The notes beneath the pieces were generated by a model. It was not told the origin of the DNA. It did no database searches and was given only the letters and a program-made list of their open reading frames with translations. A stretch of DNA of 64,000 bases, from the NCBI GenBank assembly GCA_046497465.1, contig JAWOFO010000040.1, positions 26,715 to 90,714 on the forward strand. The letters are read 5' to 3'. Made by a program: the position numbers and the translations under genes. This document shows, piece after piece, positions 1 through 9,867 of this stretch; the first letter of the stretch is position 1; every line of letters begins with the position of its first letter. This DNA comes from Desulfobia sp. Lineage in GTDB: Bacteria > Desulfobacterota > Desulfobulbia > Desulfobulbales > SURF-16.

Positions 1-896
1 TCATGGTGTCCTATAAAATTGTAGCCCTTTCCTCCTTCAGCAGTGGGTCGATTCACCACATTGGTCATTGTCCTGTAATGCCGGATAAAATCGAAATTGG
101 CAGTAGTAAAATTATTTACCTCATAGCCCAGATTCCTGGTGACTGTAAGGGCCTTCAAAAAAATTTCCGGCAATAGTACTGCTGAACCAATATTGAGAAA
201 AGCTCCGCCGGAAAGACCTTTTAAGATACCACAAAAAAGCTGGAAATCGTGATAGCTGGTCTTGCCTATGGAGGCACCATCTGCGGAAGGATGCATATGA
301 ACTATGTCAGTCCCGACGGCAACATGTACCGTAAGCGGGATATCCAGACGGGCTGCCGAGGCAAGAAGACTTAAGTGGTTATAAGGATAATTCCGGTCAA
401 TAAGATACTCCCCCATGGCCTTTCCCAGGCCGATATCCCTTTGGGCTCCTCTGTTTATGGCCTCATTAACCACCTCACCGGTCTCGCGGGCCGCCCCGAA
501 CTGTCCTTTTCCCAGGACATCGCCGACTTCCTCCGAAGTCTTCCCGGCCACGGCCACTTCCGTGTCATGGACAATCCCTGCGCCATTAAAAGCCAATGAA
601 GAGATCAGCCCCCGTTCCATAAGATCGATCAGGACAGGATTTAAACCGACCTTGATTACATGGGCCCCCATGCCCACCATAATCAATTTGCCTCCACGAT
701 AACATTCGGCAAGTTTTTCGATCAGCTCGGGAAACTCCCTGCCGGTCAACTGGCACGGCAAGGACCGTAAAAAATCCCTAATACCTGCCCCGGGTGGGAA
801 AGGACTGGCAAAATCATCAACATTTACCTTGCTGACCCTTTCATGGAGTGAATAGGTATGAAGTTCAGAAAAATCAAGAGGAGAAAACTCAGCCAT
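1..896 (-). CDS. Partial CDS (N-terminus in the window, 3' end beyond position 1). Unknown protein, possibly deoxyhypusine synthase-like.
   Basis: Manual translation of the minus strand from the ATG at 896-894 gives MAEFSPLDFSELHTYSLHERVSKVNVDDF...GKLIMVGMGAHVIKVGLNPVLIDLMERGLISSLAFNGAGIVHDTE...DIPLTVHVAVGTDIVHMH. The frame stays open to position 1, so it is absent from the ORF track (no stop in the window). It overlaps the stop of the upstream SIS-domain gene by 8 nt. The product assignment is tentative. Confidence 0.5.
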   Translation of the reverse strand, partial: MAEFSPLDFSELHTYSLHERVSKVNVDDFASPFPPGAGIRDFLRSLPCQLTGREFPELIEKLAECYRGGKLIMVGMGAHVIKVGLNPVLIDLMERGLISSLAFNGAGIVHDTEVAVAGKTSEEVGDVLGKGQFGAARETGEVVNEAINRGAQRDIGLGKAMGEYLIDRNYPYNHLSLLASAARLDIPLTVHVAVGTDIVHMHPSADGASIGKTSYHDFQLFCGILKGLSGGAFLNIGSAVLLPEIFLKALTVTRNLGYEVNNFTTANFDFIRHYRTMTNVVNRPTAEGGKGYNFIGHH

Positions 897-1473
897 GGCT
901 TAAGGACCCATAGATTCTTTCATCCACCAGCCAGCATAACATATGTTCTATCCAAAGATGAGTTTCCTGAATATGAGGAGTAATATCGCTTGGCACATTC
1001 AGGCTGATATCGGCCAGAATAGAAAGCTTACCGCCCGAACCACCAGTAAGTGCGGCGGTCCTTATCTTTTTTTGCTGCGCTGCCTTAACAGCCTGTACTA
1101 CATTGGGCGAATTACCGCTGGTGGATATTCCCATAACCAGATCTTCCTCTTTAGCCAGGGCCTCGATCTGCTTGGCAAAAATATCCTCGCAGGAAAAATC
1201 ATTGCTCACACTGGTTAGTATTGAGGTATCAGTGGTCAAGGCCAGAGCAGGCAAAGGAGGCCGGTCGATTAAAAACCTGTTCACAAACTCGGCAGCCAGA
1301 TGCTGGGCATCGGCGGCACTGCCGCCGTTACCCATGATAAGCAGCTTCCCTCCGTTATTGAAAGTGTCAATCAACCAATCTACCAACAGAAGTAAATCAT
1401 CCTTCCCATTTTCCAGAAAATCCTTCTTGGCCTGAATAGAACTGTTCAGACTTTTTTGAAGCAACTTTTCCAT
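889..1473 (-). CDS. gmhA: SIS-domain phosphoheptose isomerase (GmhA/DiaA family)
   Basis: 194 aa with an ATG start. Contains GKLLIMGNGGSAADAQHLAAEF and ISTSGNSPNV, typical of GmhA-type SIS domains. Confidence 0.8.
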   Translation of the reverse strand: MEKLLQKSLNSSIQAKKDFLENGKDDLLLLVDWLIDTFNNGGKLLIMGNGGSAADAQHLAAEFVNRFLIDRPPLPALALTTDTSILTSVSNDFSCEDIFAKQIEALAKEEDLVMGISTSGNSPNVVQAVKAAQQKKIRTAALTGGSGGKLSILADISLNVPSDITPHIQETHLWIEHMLCWLVDERIYGSLSHG

Positions 1474-1911
1474 TATAAATCTATAACCTGTTTGCTAAAA
1501 TATACCTAATCTCTGCCCATTTCTATTAGCTGGTAATAGCTACCCGGCACTTTTTTAAAAATGGACAGATACTTACTGGTCTTAACACCGGCGGCTTTTC
1601 ATTAATATATAGTATTAATGACAATTATATGGTAGATTGTCAGTTCCGCACTAAGTTGTTTTCCAAATAAATTGGTAAAGGTATATCAGGGTTAACATTT
1701 TGTCAATATAAACCTAAAAAAGCAATTTAAACAAAATGATATAAAAAACCCAGTTTAAAGGTGGAAAAAATATCCAGACATAGGCGAACAATCAGGATCA
1801 ATCAAAGGATTATTACTCCATCAATTAAATCATACTCTTAAGGTATTTCTTTCCATAAGAACAATAAACATCATTAAATAATAATCCAGAAGGGAAAAGA
1901 TCTTATTTATT

Positions 1912-2304
1912 ATGAGTGAGACAACATCATTTAAAGAAAGAAGAATGGAACCAAGATTTCCTATGCAGGACAAGACTTATGCCATCTTACGTCAACCGGC
2001 AAATAAGATAGGAAAAATTCTGGACATCAGCAGATCCGGCATGTCTTTTACCTACCTGTCAACAAATGGTGAGTTGTCAAAGCCGACCCGTGGAATCGAC
2101 TTACTAGCTGAAGATGAGGGGATTTTTGTGGAAAATCTGCCTTTCAGATCGGTAAGCGATAATATGGTCAAACATAGTCAGCCTTTTCGACAGATAACAA
2201 TAAGGCGCCACAGTATTAAATTCGAAAATCTAACCGAAAAAAAACTGACAAGTATAGAAGCATTCATAGAAAAATACAGCCTCGGTCAGCAAGAGAAACA
2301 ATAA
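1912..2304 (+). CDS. PilZ-domain protein (putative c-di-GMP receptor)
   Basis: 130 aa. An N-terminal RxxxR motif (RMEPR) is followed by DxSxxG (DISRSGMSF), the two PilZ signature motifs. Confidence 0.7.
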   Translation: MSETTSFKERRMEPRFPMQDKTYAILRQPANKIGKILDISRSGMSFTYLSTNGELSKPTRGIDLLAEDEGIFVENLPFRSVSDNMVKHSQPFRQITIRRHSIKFENLTEKKLTSIEAFIEKYSLGQQEKQ

Positions 2305-2375
2305 TCTTATTAATTGCAATAGTGGCAATAATACTCAGCTTGAAATTATTATTTTTCCTGTCCTTAAACCCCTTT

Positions 2376-3224
2376 TCACGATGATGTAATTCTCATACTG
2401 ATATCACAGCTTGTCGCGGAATGGGTCAAACCGCCAACGGATATCAGATCAACTCCTGTTTCAGCAATGGCTCGAACATTATCCAGAGTTACTCCCCCTG
2501 ATGCCTCGAGAAGTGCGTTCCCCGCTGTCAATTCAACAGCTTTCTTCATCAGGGAAGTATCCATGTTGTCAAGCATGATAATATCAACCCCCGCCTCCAG
2601 ACACTCATTGACCTGACCGAGGTTCTCTGTCTCTACTTCGATTTTAAGAATGTGAGGAGCCCGTTCCCGGACAAGTTTAACTGCAGGGTAAATACCGCCG
2701 CAGGCAGAAATGTGGTTATCCTTAATAAGAATACCGTCAGTAAGATTAAAACGATGATTGCTGCCGCCCCCGACTCTGACCGCATATTTCTCCAAAACGC
2801 GCATACCCGGAGTAGTTTTCCTGGTATCAACAATTTTCACAGGCAAATCTTCCACCTTGTGAACAAAAAAGTTGGTATAAGTGGCAATCCCTGAAAGACG
2901 CTGAATAATGTTCAAACCCACGCGCTCAGCCCGCAACAGGTCAAGTGCCGGACCCTGGACCCTGAATATTGTATCTCCGGCCTCTACCCGGCTACCGTCT
3001 TTGATTACTTCGTATTGCAGATATGGGTTACAGAGCAGGAAAAGCCTAACTACAATATCCTCAAGCCCTGCAACAATAAAATTATCCTTGGCAATAAACT
3101 CTGCTGATACTTGTTGGTCCCGTCGGAAAATGGCCTCACTGGTAATATCGCCATTACCGATATCTTCAGCCAGAAAGTTCTCCAGTATTCTATTAAGAGC
3201 AAGTGGATCCATAGTTAAAACCAT
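2376..3224 (-). CDS. nadC: Nicotinate-nucleotide pyrophosphorylase (quinolinate phosphoribosyltransferase)
   Basis: The ORF track starts at a TTG (3266). In-frame ATGs at 3224 and 3212 give the typical N-terminus MDPLALNRILENFLAEDIGNGDITS. TRKTTPG and IMLDNM motifs are present. Confidence 0.85.
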   Translation of the reverse strand: MVLTMDPLALNRILENFLAEDIGNGDITSEAIFRRDQQVSAEFIAKDNFIVAGLEDIVVRLFLLCNPYLQYEVIKDGSRVEAGDTIFRVQGPALDLLRAERVGLNIIQRLSGIATYTNFFVHKVEDLPVKIVDTRKTTPGMRVLEKYAVRVGGGSNHRFNLTDGILIKDNHISACGGIYPAVKLVRERAPHILKIEVETENLGQVNECLEAGVDIIMLDNMDTSLMKKAVELTAGNALLEASGGVTLDNVRAIAETGVDLISVGGLTHSATSCDISMRITSS

Positions 3225-3324
3225 AGTAAAGGTGGAGAAGCCCAGCCCGTGGGCAATTTTTGTCAAAGATTCAAGGTATAATTACAGGTACGTTTTACAG
3301 ATATATTTAAAAAATTATCTAGGT

Positions 3325-4392
3325 TTAAAAAAAAAGCAAAATATTTCGGATTAACTCTCCAATATCTAAATAAAAAATAATTACAACAGCCAAAAGCACA
3401 CAGATAAGAGTTATATAAAAAAAGTGCAGCTTGATTGCATTTTTTGCCTCTTTCCTATTATCAGCAGTTGAGGTTTCTTCTTTTCTCTTGCTTTTTTCAG
3501 TACTCTCCGGTTGATCCTTACCCGAATTACTAGATTCGGGCAGTGAAGGACCTGTCAACTGCCCTTCTTCGGACTCTGCTGCTGATGGGTTTTTTATCTG
3601 CAGATCTTCTGCACATTCAACGATAATCCCGGGCCCGATCTTCGATTTATCGGCAACAAAACCGGTTAACAAAGCCCTGTCACAGATAATATTAATCAGG
3701 CGGGGCACTCCTCCGGAAAATGAATAGATCTCGTGAATGGCATCCCGGCTGAAAATATTCCGGGTTGCGCCGGCTACTTTGAGGCGATGTCTTATATAAT
3801 CAGCTACTTCAACCTCTTTCAGTATCTCCAGATTATAGTTTACTGTAATCCGCTGACGGATGGCCCTGTTTCCGGGGTCCAATAAAATTTCATTAAATTC
3901 ACTCTGACCTACAAAAAAAATGTTAAGGAGTTTAGCATTCTCTTTTTCTATGTTGGACAGCAGTCTGACGTCCTCCAGTAGTTCATTTGATATCCGCTGG
4001 GCCTCATCGATTATCAGCAGTACTTTTTTACCGGCCTTATAGGCCTGGTTAAGAAAAGACGTACAGATGTAAATAAAATCCCCTTTATTTTTCGGTATAT
4101 TCTTAAAATAAAAAGAACGGGCAACAAGTCTGTAAAAATCCAACTCACTAAGGCCCGGATCAGCTATTCGCGCCACAATTACGTTTTTATCCAGACTGTT
4201 GACCAGGGCATTTAAAAGAGTTGTTTTACCGGCCCCCACCTCACCGGTTAATAGCAGGAATCCCTTGTTATCCCAGATCCCATACTTAAGTGTGGCAAAA
4301 GCCTCCTTGTGATTCTCTCCCAGCCACAGAAACTTGCTGTCTGTAGTAATCTGAAAGGGTTTAGTCTTCAGCCCGTAATGTAATAGATACAT
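3325..4392 (-). CDS. ExeA/MshM-like AAA+ ATPase with a C-terminal low-complexity linker and a TM anchor
   Basis: 355 aa. YGLKTKPFQ...LLLTGEVGAGKTTLLNAL carries a Walker A, and LLIIDEAQ a Walker B. The C-terminus is hydrophobic (FFYITLICVLLAVVIIFYL). It starts 3 nt after the glgP stop. Confidence 0.7.
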   Translation of the reverse strand: MYLLHYGLKTKPFQITTDSKFLWLGENHKEAFATLKYGIWDNKGFLLLTGEVGAGKTTLLNALVNSLDKNVIVARIADPGLSELDFYRLVARSFYFKNIPKNKGDFIYICTSFLNQAYKAGKKVLLIIDEAQRISNELLEDVRLLSNIEKENAKLLNIFFVGQSEFNEILLDPGNRAIRQRITVNYNLEILKEVEVADYIRHRLKVAGATRNIFSRDAIHEIYSFSGGVPRLINIICDRALLTGFVADKSKIGPGIIVECAEDLQIKNPSAAESEEGQLTGPSLPESSNSGKDQPESTEKSKRKEETSTADNRKEAKNAIKLHFFYITLICVLLAVVIIFYLDIGELIRNILLFF

Positions 4393-4395
4393 TGT

Positions 4396-6885
4396 TTAAT
4401 CAAAAACCTCTACTCCCCAGATATCGCGGGCATATTCCTTGATCGTCCGGTCGGTCGAGAATTTTCCCATACGCGCTACATTGAAGATAGACTTTTCCAG
4501 CCAACTCTTTTGATCCCTGAAAGTCAGAGCTACCTTTTTCTGGCATTCCAGATAAGATTCCATGTCCAGCAAAACAAGGTAAGGATCATCCTCAGCAAGC
4601 AATTTATCGGTAATCGGACGGAACAACTCCTTATCGCCCTGGCTGAACATGCCGCCAGCGATTGAATCAACCACACTTTTGACCACCGGGTTATCCTGAT
4701 AGATCTTATAGGGAGTTCTGCTCTTATGAAGTTTTTCATAGGCAGCCCTTTCAGCGTCCAGTCCGAAAATAAAAATGTTTTCATCCCCTATCTCTTCTTT
4801 TATTTCAATATTTGCCCCGTCCAGGGTACCTATAGTCAAGGCCCCGTTCAAAGCAAATTTCATGTTTCCGGTGCCCGAGGCCTCTGTACCGGCAGTAGAT
4901 ATCTGCTCGGAGAGATCGGCCCCCGGTATTATCTTTTCAGCCAGGGAAACATTAAAATCTGGAATAAAAACTACCTTTAACAGATTTCCAACCCGGGGAT
5001 CATTGTTCACCACCTCTGCTACCGAATTAATCAACTTTATAATCAGCTTGGCCTGGGAGTAAGAAGGAGCAGCCTTTCCGGCAAAAACTACCGTGCGCGG
5101 GGTAATATCCTGATCCGTACTGATGATATGATGGTACAGGGTAATAACATGCAGGATATTTAAAAGCTGCCGTTTATATTCATGAATCCTTTTGACCTGA
5201 ACATCAAACATCGAATCCAGGGAAACTTTAACCTCACAGACCTCCAGAATCAAATCTGCCAGTCTTTCCTTGTTTTCCTGTTGGACAGCGGCCCATTTCT
5301 CCCGGAAAGCACTGTCCCGGGCCAAAGGTTCAAGCTGACGGAGCCTGTAAAGATCGGTAATCCAGTCATACCCGATATAGTCTCCTATAAGAGAGGCCTG
5401 GCCGGGATTACATTTCAGAAGCCATCTTCTCGGGGTTATACCATTGGTCTTACAGTTGAATTTACCGGGATAAAATTCATGAAAATCCTTGAACACACTG
5501 GTTTTAAGCAATTTAGTATGCAATTCAGCCACCCCGTTGACAGAATGACTGCCCACTATGGCCAAGTGGGCCATTCTGACTCTCTTTTCCGGAGTCTCAG
5601 CTATAATGGACATGTCCCTTAACTTGCGTTTGTCCCCGGGGTATCTTTGGGCCACTTCATCAAGAAAACGCCTGTTTATCTCATAAATTATTTCCAGATG
5701 CCTCGGAAGAACCTTGCCCAGAAGTTCAACTGACCAGGTTTCCAGGGCTTCGGCCATCAAAGTATGATTGGTAAAGCCGAATGTCTTAGTCGTTATATCC
5801 CAGGCCTTTTCCCAATTCAGCCCCTGCTGATCCAAAAAAAGCCGCATCAGTTCGGCAACGGCAATAGCTGGATGGGTATCATTCAACTGAACTGCTATCT
5901 GGTCGCTGAAATGGTCAAAATCGTCATTCTTTTTCATGTAGCGCCGCATTATGTCCTGAAAAGTGGCAGCCACAAAAAAGTATTCCTGTTTAAGACGCAG
6001 TTCTTTTCCTTCCCGGACTTCATCGGCCGGATAAAGGACCTTGGAGATGGTCTCGGATCCAACCTTACTCTGTACAGCACTTATATACTCACCGCGGTGG
6101 AAAAAATAAAGATCAAGCTCCCGGCTGGCCTTGGCCGCCCAAAGCCGCATATTGATAACATGATCGTTATTAAAGCCGGGAACCAGCATATCGCAGGCCA
6201 TGGCCACAACATCTTCTGTATCAATCCATTCTGCCCGGTAATTACCATTCTCATCCACATAGCTGTTCACCCTGCCGTAAAAATAGACCGAGTAGACAAA
6301 AGAGGATCTTTCAAACTCCCAGGGATTGCCGTAGCGCAGCCAGTTGTCAGGGAATTCCAACTGCCAGCCGTCTATAAATCTCTGGCTGAACATACCATAC
6401 TCATAATGGATCCCGTAGCCATAGGCCGGAACTTTCATGGTGGCAATCGAATCCATAAAACAGGCAGCCAGGCGCCCCAGCCCGCCGTTACCCAGACCGG
6501 CATCCTCTTCCTGCTCCTGAATTACCTCCAGATCATAACCCAGCTCCTCGAGAGCCTGGTATACTTCATCCAATAGTCCCATGTTAATCAAGGAATTACC
6601 CAGGGACCGGCCTACCAGAAATTCCATGGAAAGATAATAAACCCTCTTGTTTCTCTGGCTGTAATACTCTTTTTGGGTCTTAATCCACTTTTCCACCAGG
6701 ACATCCCGCAGGGCATAGGCAAGAGACTTGTATACGTCACGGTCACTGGCCCTCTCCGGATCACGCCCCTGAAAACTCAAGAGATGATGCATGATGGTAT
6801 CCTTAAACTGCTCTACCCCTGTAGAACAGAAAATAGAGGCATAAGGATGGCATGAATATTCGTTATCAGTAGAATTATTTGTCAT
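4396..6885 (-). CDS. glgP: Glycogen/maltodextrin phosphorylase
   Basis: 829 aa. LGNGGLGRLAACFMDS, TNHTLMAEALE and the EASGTGNMKFALNGALTIGTLDGANIEI block (PLP-lysine region) are diagnostic of the GT35 family. Confidence 0.95.
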   Translation of the reverse strand: MTNNSTDNEYSCHPYASIFCSTGVEQFKDTIMHHLLSFQGRDPERASDRDVYKSLAYALRDVLVEKWIKTQKEYYSQRNKRVYYLSMEFLVGRSLGNSLINMGLLDEVYQALEELGYDLEVIQEQEEDAGLGNGGLGRLAACFMDSIATMKVPAYGYGIHYEYGMFSQRFIDGWQLEFPDNWLRYGNPWEFERSSFVYSVYFYGRVNSYVDENGNYRAEWIDTEDVVAMACDMLVPGFNNDHVINMRLWAAKASRELDLYFFHRGEYISAVQSKVGSETISKVLYPADEVREGKELRLKQEYFFVAATFQDIMRRYMKKNDDFDHFSDQIAVQLNDTHPAIAVAELMRLFLDQQGLNWEKAWDITTKTFGFTNHTLMAEALETWSVELLGKVLPRHLEIIYEINRRFLDEVAQRYPGDKRKLRDMSIIAETPEKRVRMAHLAIVGSHSVNGVAELHTKLLKTSVFKDFHEFYPGKFNCKTNGITPRRWLLKCNPGQASLIGDYIGYDWITDLYRLRQLEPLARDSAFREKWAAVQQENKERLADLILEVCEVKVSLDSMFDVQVKRIHEYKRQLLNILHVITLYHHIISTDQDITPRTVVFAGKAAPSYSQAKLIIKLINSVAEVVNNDPRVGNLLKVVFIPDFNVSLAEKIIPGADLSEQISTAGTEASGTGNMKFALNGALTIGTLDGANIEIKEEIGDENIFIFGLDAERAAYEKLHKSRTPYKIYQDNPVVKSVVDSIAGGMFSQGDKELFRPITDKLLAEDDPYLVLLDMESYLECQKKVALTFRDQKSWLEKSIFNVARMGKFSTDRTIKEYARDIWGVEVFD

Positions 6886-6959
6886 ATTCCTTTCCTTTCA
6901 TTACTTTCTGGTATAACTGTTGAAAATTTAAACGTTTATCCAGCATTATCGGGAACTGA

Positions 6960-8426
6960 TTACCTTACCAGTTCAGAATAATACTGATCAATATGACTCT
7001 TCAGCCAGGCAAGCGCTTCGTCCCTGCTTCTTATCTCACCTGTTACCCGGGCCTCTTCCGCCTCCCGGAGAATGTCTTTAAAGACCGGTCCCGGCGCCAG
7101 ACCCAGGACAATTAAATCATGCCCTGTAATCAGTCCCGGCGAAGCAAGGGCCGGGGATACCTTGCTTTTGAAAATATCATATACCTCACTAAAAAGTTCA
7201 GCCAATTCCTTTTCCATATGGACAGGCCGTCCCGGACCCTGGCTGGCCAGGCTGTCAGCTATAGCCAACATAAAAAGCCCCGGAAGATCATCACCCAAGG
7301 TCTTTACCAGCCTGAGACAGGCCCGGGTGGTTATCCCTTCTTTGCGGCGAACGTTACTCAAATGAAAGGGCCACATATGATAACCGACCAGACGACTGAT
7401 TTGAAAAGTTTTGTCTCTAGACCAGCGAAGACGAGCACCAATCACTTTGACCTGATCTGCCCCGAACCGTTCGTGGTTGTAAAAGGTTATCCTTTTATCC
7501 CGGATCTGCACAACATCCGGTTTTCCCAGGTCATGAAAAAAAGCCGCCCACTTTAATCTGCTGCTGATCCCCTGCCGGTTTAAAAATTTTTGTATAACCT
7601 TTTCTTCCTGGAAATACTTCCCGGGATCCCGGACAATCTCTTCCATGGCACAAAGAGCGGCCATATTATGATCCATGACATCAAGGTGGTGGCCGGACGG
7701 TTGTTCCACCCCTCTGCCTCTTTCAATTTCCGGAATAATATATTTAAAAAGACCAGCGTCTCTGATTCCGGTCAGGGCCTGGCAGCTACGGTCCGATGAC
7801 ATGATAAGATCCAGTTCGTAACTGACCCTCTCCGGGGCCACCCTTTCAATCAAATGCACCTTGTCTCGTATTTCTCTTTCCGTAACCTCATCCAATGTAA
7901 AGCCTAAGGTGGCCTGTAAACGATAAGCCCTTAACAGGCGAAGCGGATCATCATTAAAGGTCCTGCCGGATACAGTCCGGACTATACCATGCTCCAGATC
8001 AACCCTGCCAGCGGCTGGATCAAAAAGAGAACTTCTGACAGACTGCCACAGTCCGGAGGGAAACCTCAGTGCCATGGCATTTACAGTAAAATCTCTCTTC
8101 AACAGGTCCTCTTCAATACTGTCCACTCCATCCTTAAAACCGGCAAGATCAATATCGTATCCCCGCCAGACCACCCTGGCCACTCCCTCCTTACTGTCAA
8201 GCAGGACAAAAGTACCCCTGAGAGCAAGTGCCAGTTTTTCAGCAAAATCAACTCCTCCCTCTATTACTGCCAGATCAAGATCCCTGGCCTTTTCCCGGGA
8301 AAGCAGGCCGTCCCGAACCGCGCCTCCGACTATATAGACCTTAAGATCAAGATCCAGAGCTATTTTATTGACAGCTTCCAGCAACTCCCGGGGATATCGG
8401 GTCAACCAGGATGTATCAATCTGCAT
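6960..8426 (-). CDS. CCA-adding enzyme / poly(A) polymerase-family tRNA nucleotidyltransferase with an HD domain
   Basis: 488 aa. Contains GGAVRDGLL, DLDLAV and KRDFTVNAMAL (class II nucleotidyltransferase head) plus FFHDLGKP (HD domain). Confidence 0.8.
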   Translation of the reverse strand: MQIDTSWLTRYPRELLEAVNKIALDLDLKVYIVGGAVRDGLLSREKARDLDLAVIEGGVDFAEKLALALRGTFVLLDSKEGVARVVWRGYDIDLAGFKDGVDSIEEDLLKRDFTVNAMALRFPSGLWQSVRSSLFDPAAGRVDLEHGIVRTVSGRTFNDDPLRLLRAYRLQATLGFTLDEVTEREIRDKVHLIERVAPERVSYELDLIMSSDRSCQALTGIRDAGLFKYIIPEIERGRGVEQPSGHHLDVMDHNMAALCAMEEIVRDPGKYFQEEKVIQKFLNRQGISSRLKWAAFFHDLGKPDVVQIRDKRITFYNHERFGADQVKVIGARLRWSRDKTFQISRLVGYHMWPFHLSNVRRKEGITTRACLRLVKTLGDDLPGLFMLAIADSLASQGPGRPVHMEKELAELFSEVYDIFKSKVSPALASPGLITGHDLIVLGLAPGPVFKDILREAEEARVTGEIRSRDEALAWLKSHIDQYYSELVR

Positions 8427-8519
8427 AAGTTACAAAATTACCGCTTCTTATTGCGAATATAATGGTTGACATATCGTGTTCATAGTCTTAATCATAAAAC
8501 CCCAGATCTTAATACGCCT

Positions 8520-9449
8520 ATGCAGATAGCCCATATCCAACTTAAACATATTAATTTTTCTGATTACTCTTTTTCCCTGCTCCCGGAATCGTATCCGTCT
8601 GAAGTATCTGAAAAATTAAAAACTTCGATAAGCCACCTGGGCATTCTCCATCCACCTATTGTGAAAGCAGATGAACAGAATTTTTCCTATCAGATCATAA
8701 CCGGAAGGAAACGTTTAAATACTGCCTATTCTCTCGATTTCAACTGCTGTTGCTGTCTGAAACTGCCTTTTGATCTTCCTTATCTGGAAACACTTAATAT
8801 CGTCTGGGAAGAGGCGCTTTACTCCCATTCCCTCTCATCTCTCAATCAGGCGGTTTTTTTTGAAAAAATCAGTAAAATCTGCTCAATTAAAGAGATCGCC
8901 AGACTTTTTCTGCCATTAATCGATCTACCACCTTCAACCGATTACATAAACAAAAAACTCCAGATTCTCCGACTGGACCAACCTCTGCAAATTGCCCTGC
9001 ATAAGGGAAGACTGAATGAGCAGGTCAGCCTCGAGCTGGGAAGATTGCCTTTTTCGGACAGAATGGCTCTTTTCGAGGTCATTGAACTTCTGAAGCTCAG
9101 TGCCGGCAATCAGAAAAAACTGACCAGATCCTGCTGCGAATTGGCCGCCCGTAACCGAACCACGGTGCTGTCCATATTATCCCAACCCAAGCTGGCCGGA
9201 ATAATCAACAGTTCCAACTCCAACATCCCGCAAAAGGCTGGCCATTTCATGAAAGTGCTCCATGAAGAACGCTACCCGCGACTCACAGAAGCTGAGAATG
9301 ACTTTCGCCGGTTTGAAGCAGGACTGTCTCTGCCTGCAAACATCAGAATAAACCATGACCCGTCGTTTGAAAAAGATGAACTTAATCTGACGATAACCTG
9401 TCCCGGCCGAAAAGAACTTGAAAACATACTGAATAAAATAAGAAACTGA
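8520..9449 (+). CDS. ParB/Srx-fold N-terminal domain protein (orphan ParB-like)
   Basis: The ORF track starts at TTG 8466, and the ATG at 8520 gives MQIAHIQLKHINF. GILHPPIVK...QIITGRKRLNTAY resembles the ParB arginine-patch box. No parA gene is adjacent. Confidence 0.55.
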   Translation: MQIAHIQLKHINFSDYSFSLLPESYPSEVSEKLKTSISHLGILHPPIVKADEQNFSYQIITGRKRLNTAYSLDFNCCCCLKLPFDLPYLETLNIVWEEALYSHSLSSLNQAVFFEKISKICSIKEIARLFLPLIDLPPSTDYINKKLQILRLDQPLQIALHKGRLNEQVSLELGRLPFSDRMALFEVIELLKLSAGNQKKLTRSCCELAARNRTTVLSILSQPKLAGIINSSNSNIPQKAGHFMKVLHEERYPRLTEAENDFRRFEAGLSLPANIRINHDPSFEKDELNLTITCPGRKELENILNKIRN

Positions 9450-9450
9450 A

Positions 9451-9867
9451 CTACTCTCCTACAATTTTGACCAACACCCTCTTTTTCCGGCGCCCGTCAA
9501 ATTCACCATAAAATATCTGCTCCCAGGTCCCAAAATCAAGCTGGCCCTCAGTAATGGCCACAACTACTTCACGTCCCATTATCTGCCTCTTCATGTGGGC
9601 ATCGGCATTATCCTCATAAGTATTATGTTTGTATTGGGAAACAGGGGCATGGGGAGCAAGTTTCTCCAGCCAGACATCGTAATCATGGTGGAGGCCGGAT
9701 TCGTCATCATTGATAAATACGGAAGCAGTAATATGCATGGCATTGACCAGACACAATCCTTCCTGGATACCACTCTCGGCCAGGCATTTTTCTACTTCAG
9801 GGGTAATATTGACAAAATCCCTCCTGGTCGGAATATCAAACCAGAGTTCTTTACGATAGCCTTTCAT
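9451..9867 (-). CDS. YjbQ/UPF0047 family protein (secondary thiamine-phosphate synthase family)
   Basis: 138 aa. [25 protein letters not shown] and [13 protein letters not shown] are typical of UPF0047. Its ATG overlaps the hypB stop (TGATG at 9865-9869). Confidence 0.75.
   Translation of the reverse strand: MKGYRKELWFDIPTRRDFVNITPEVEKCLAESGIQEGLCLVNAMHITASVFINDDESGLHHDYDVWLEKLAPHAPVSQYKHNTYEDNADAHMKRQIMGREVVVAITEGQLDFGTWEQIFYGEFDGRRKKRVLVKIVGE

Noticed and set aside
5764-6576. Long antisense ORFs opposite housekeeping genes: 5764-6576 (glgP), 12838-13728 (fhs), 41593-42387 and 43054-43821 (parC/parE), 45341-46141 (pepF), 51415-52203 (glpQ-like), 58027-58668 (permease) and 62960-63616 (uvrD).
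   Set aside because: Each is fully covered by a confidently identified gene on the other strand and shows no family motifs, so they are shadow ORFs.
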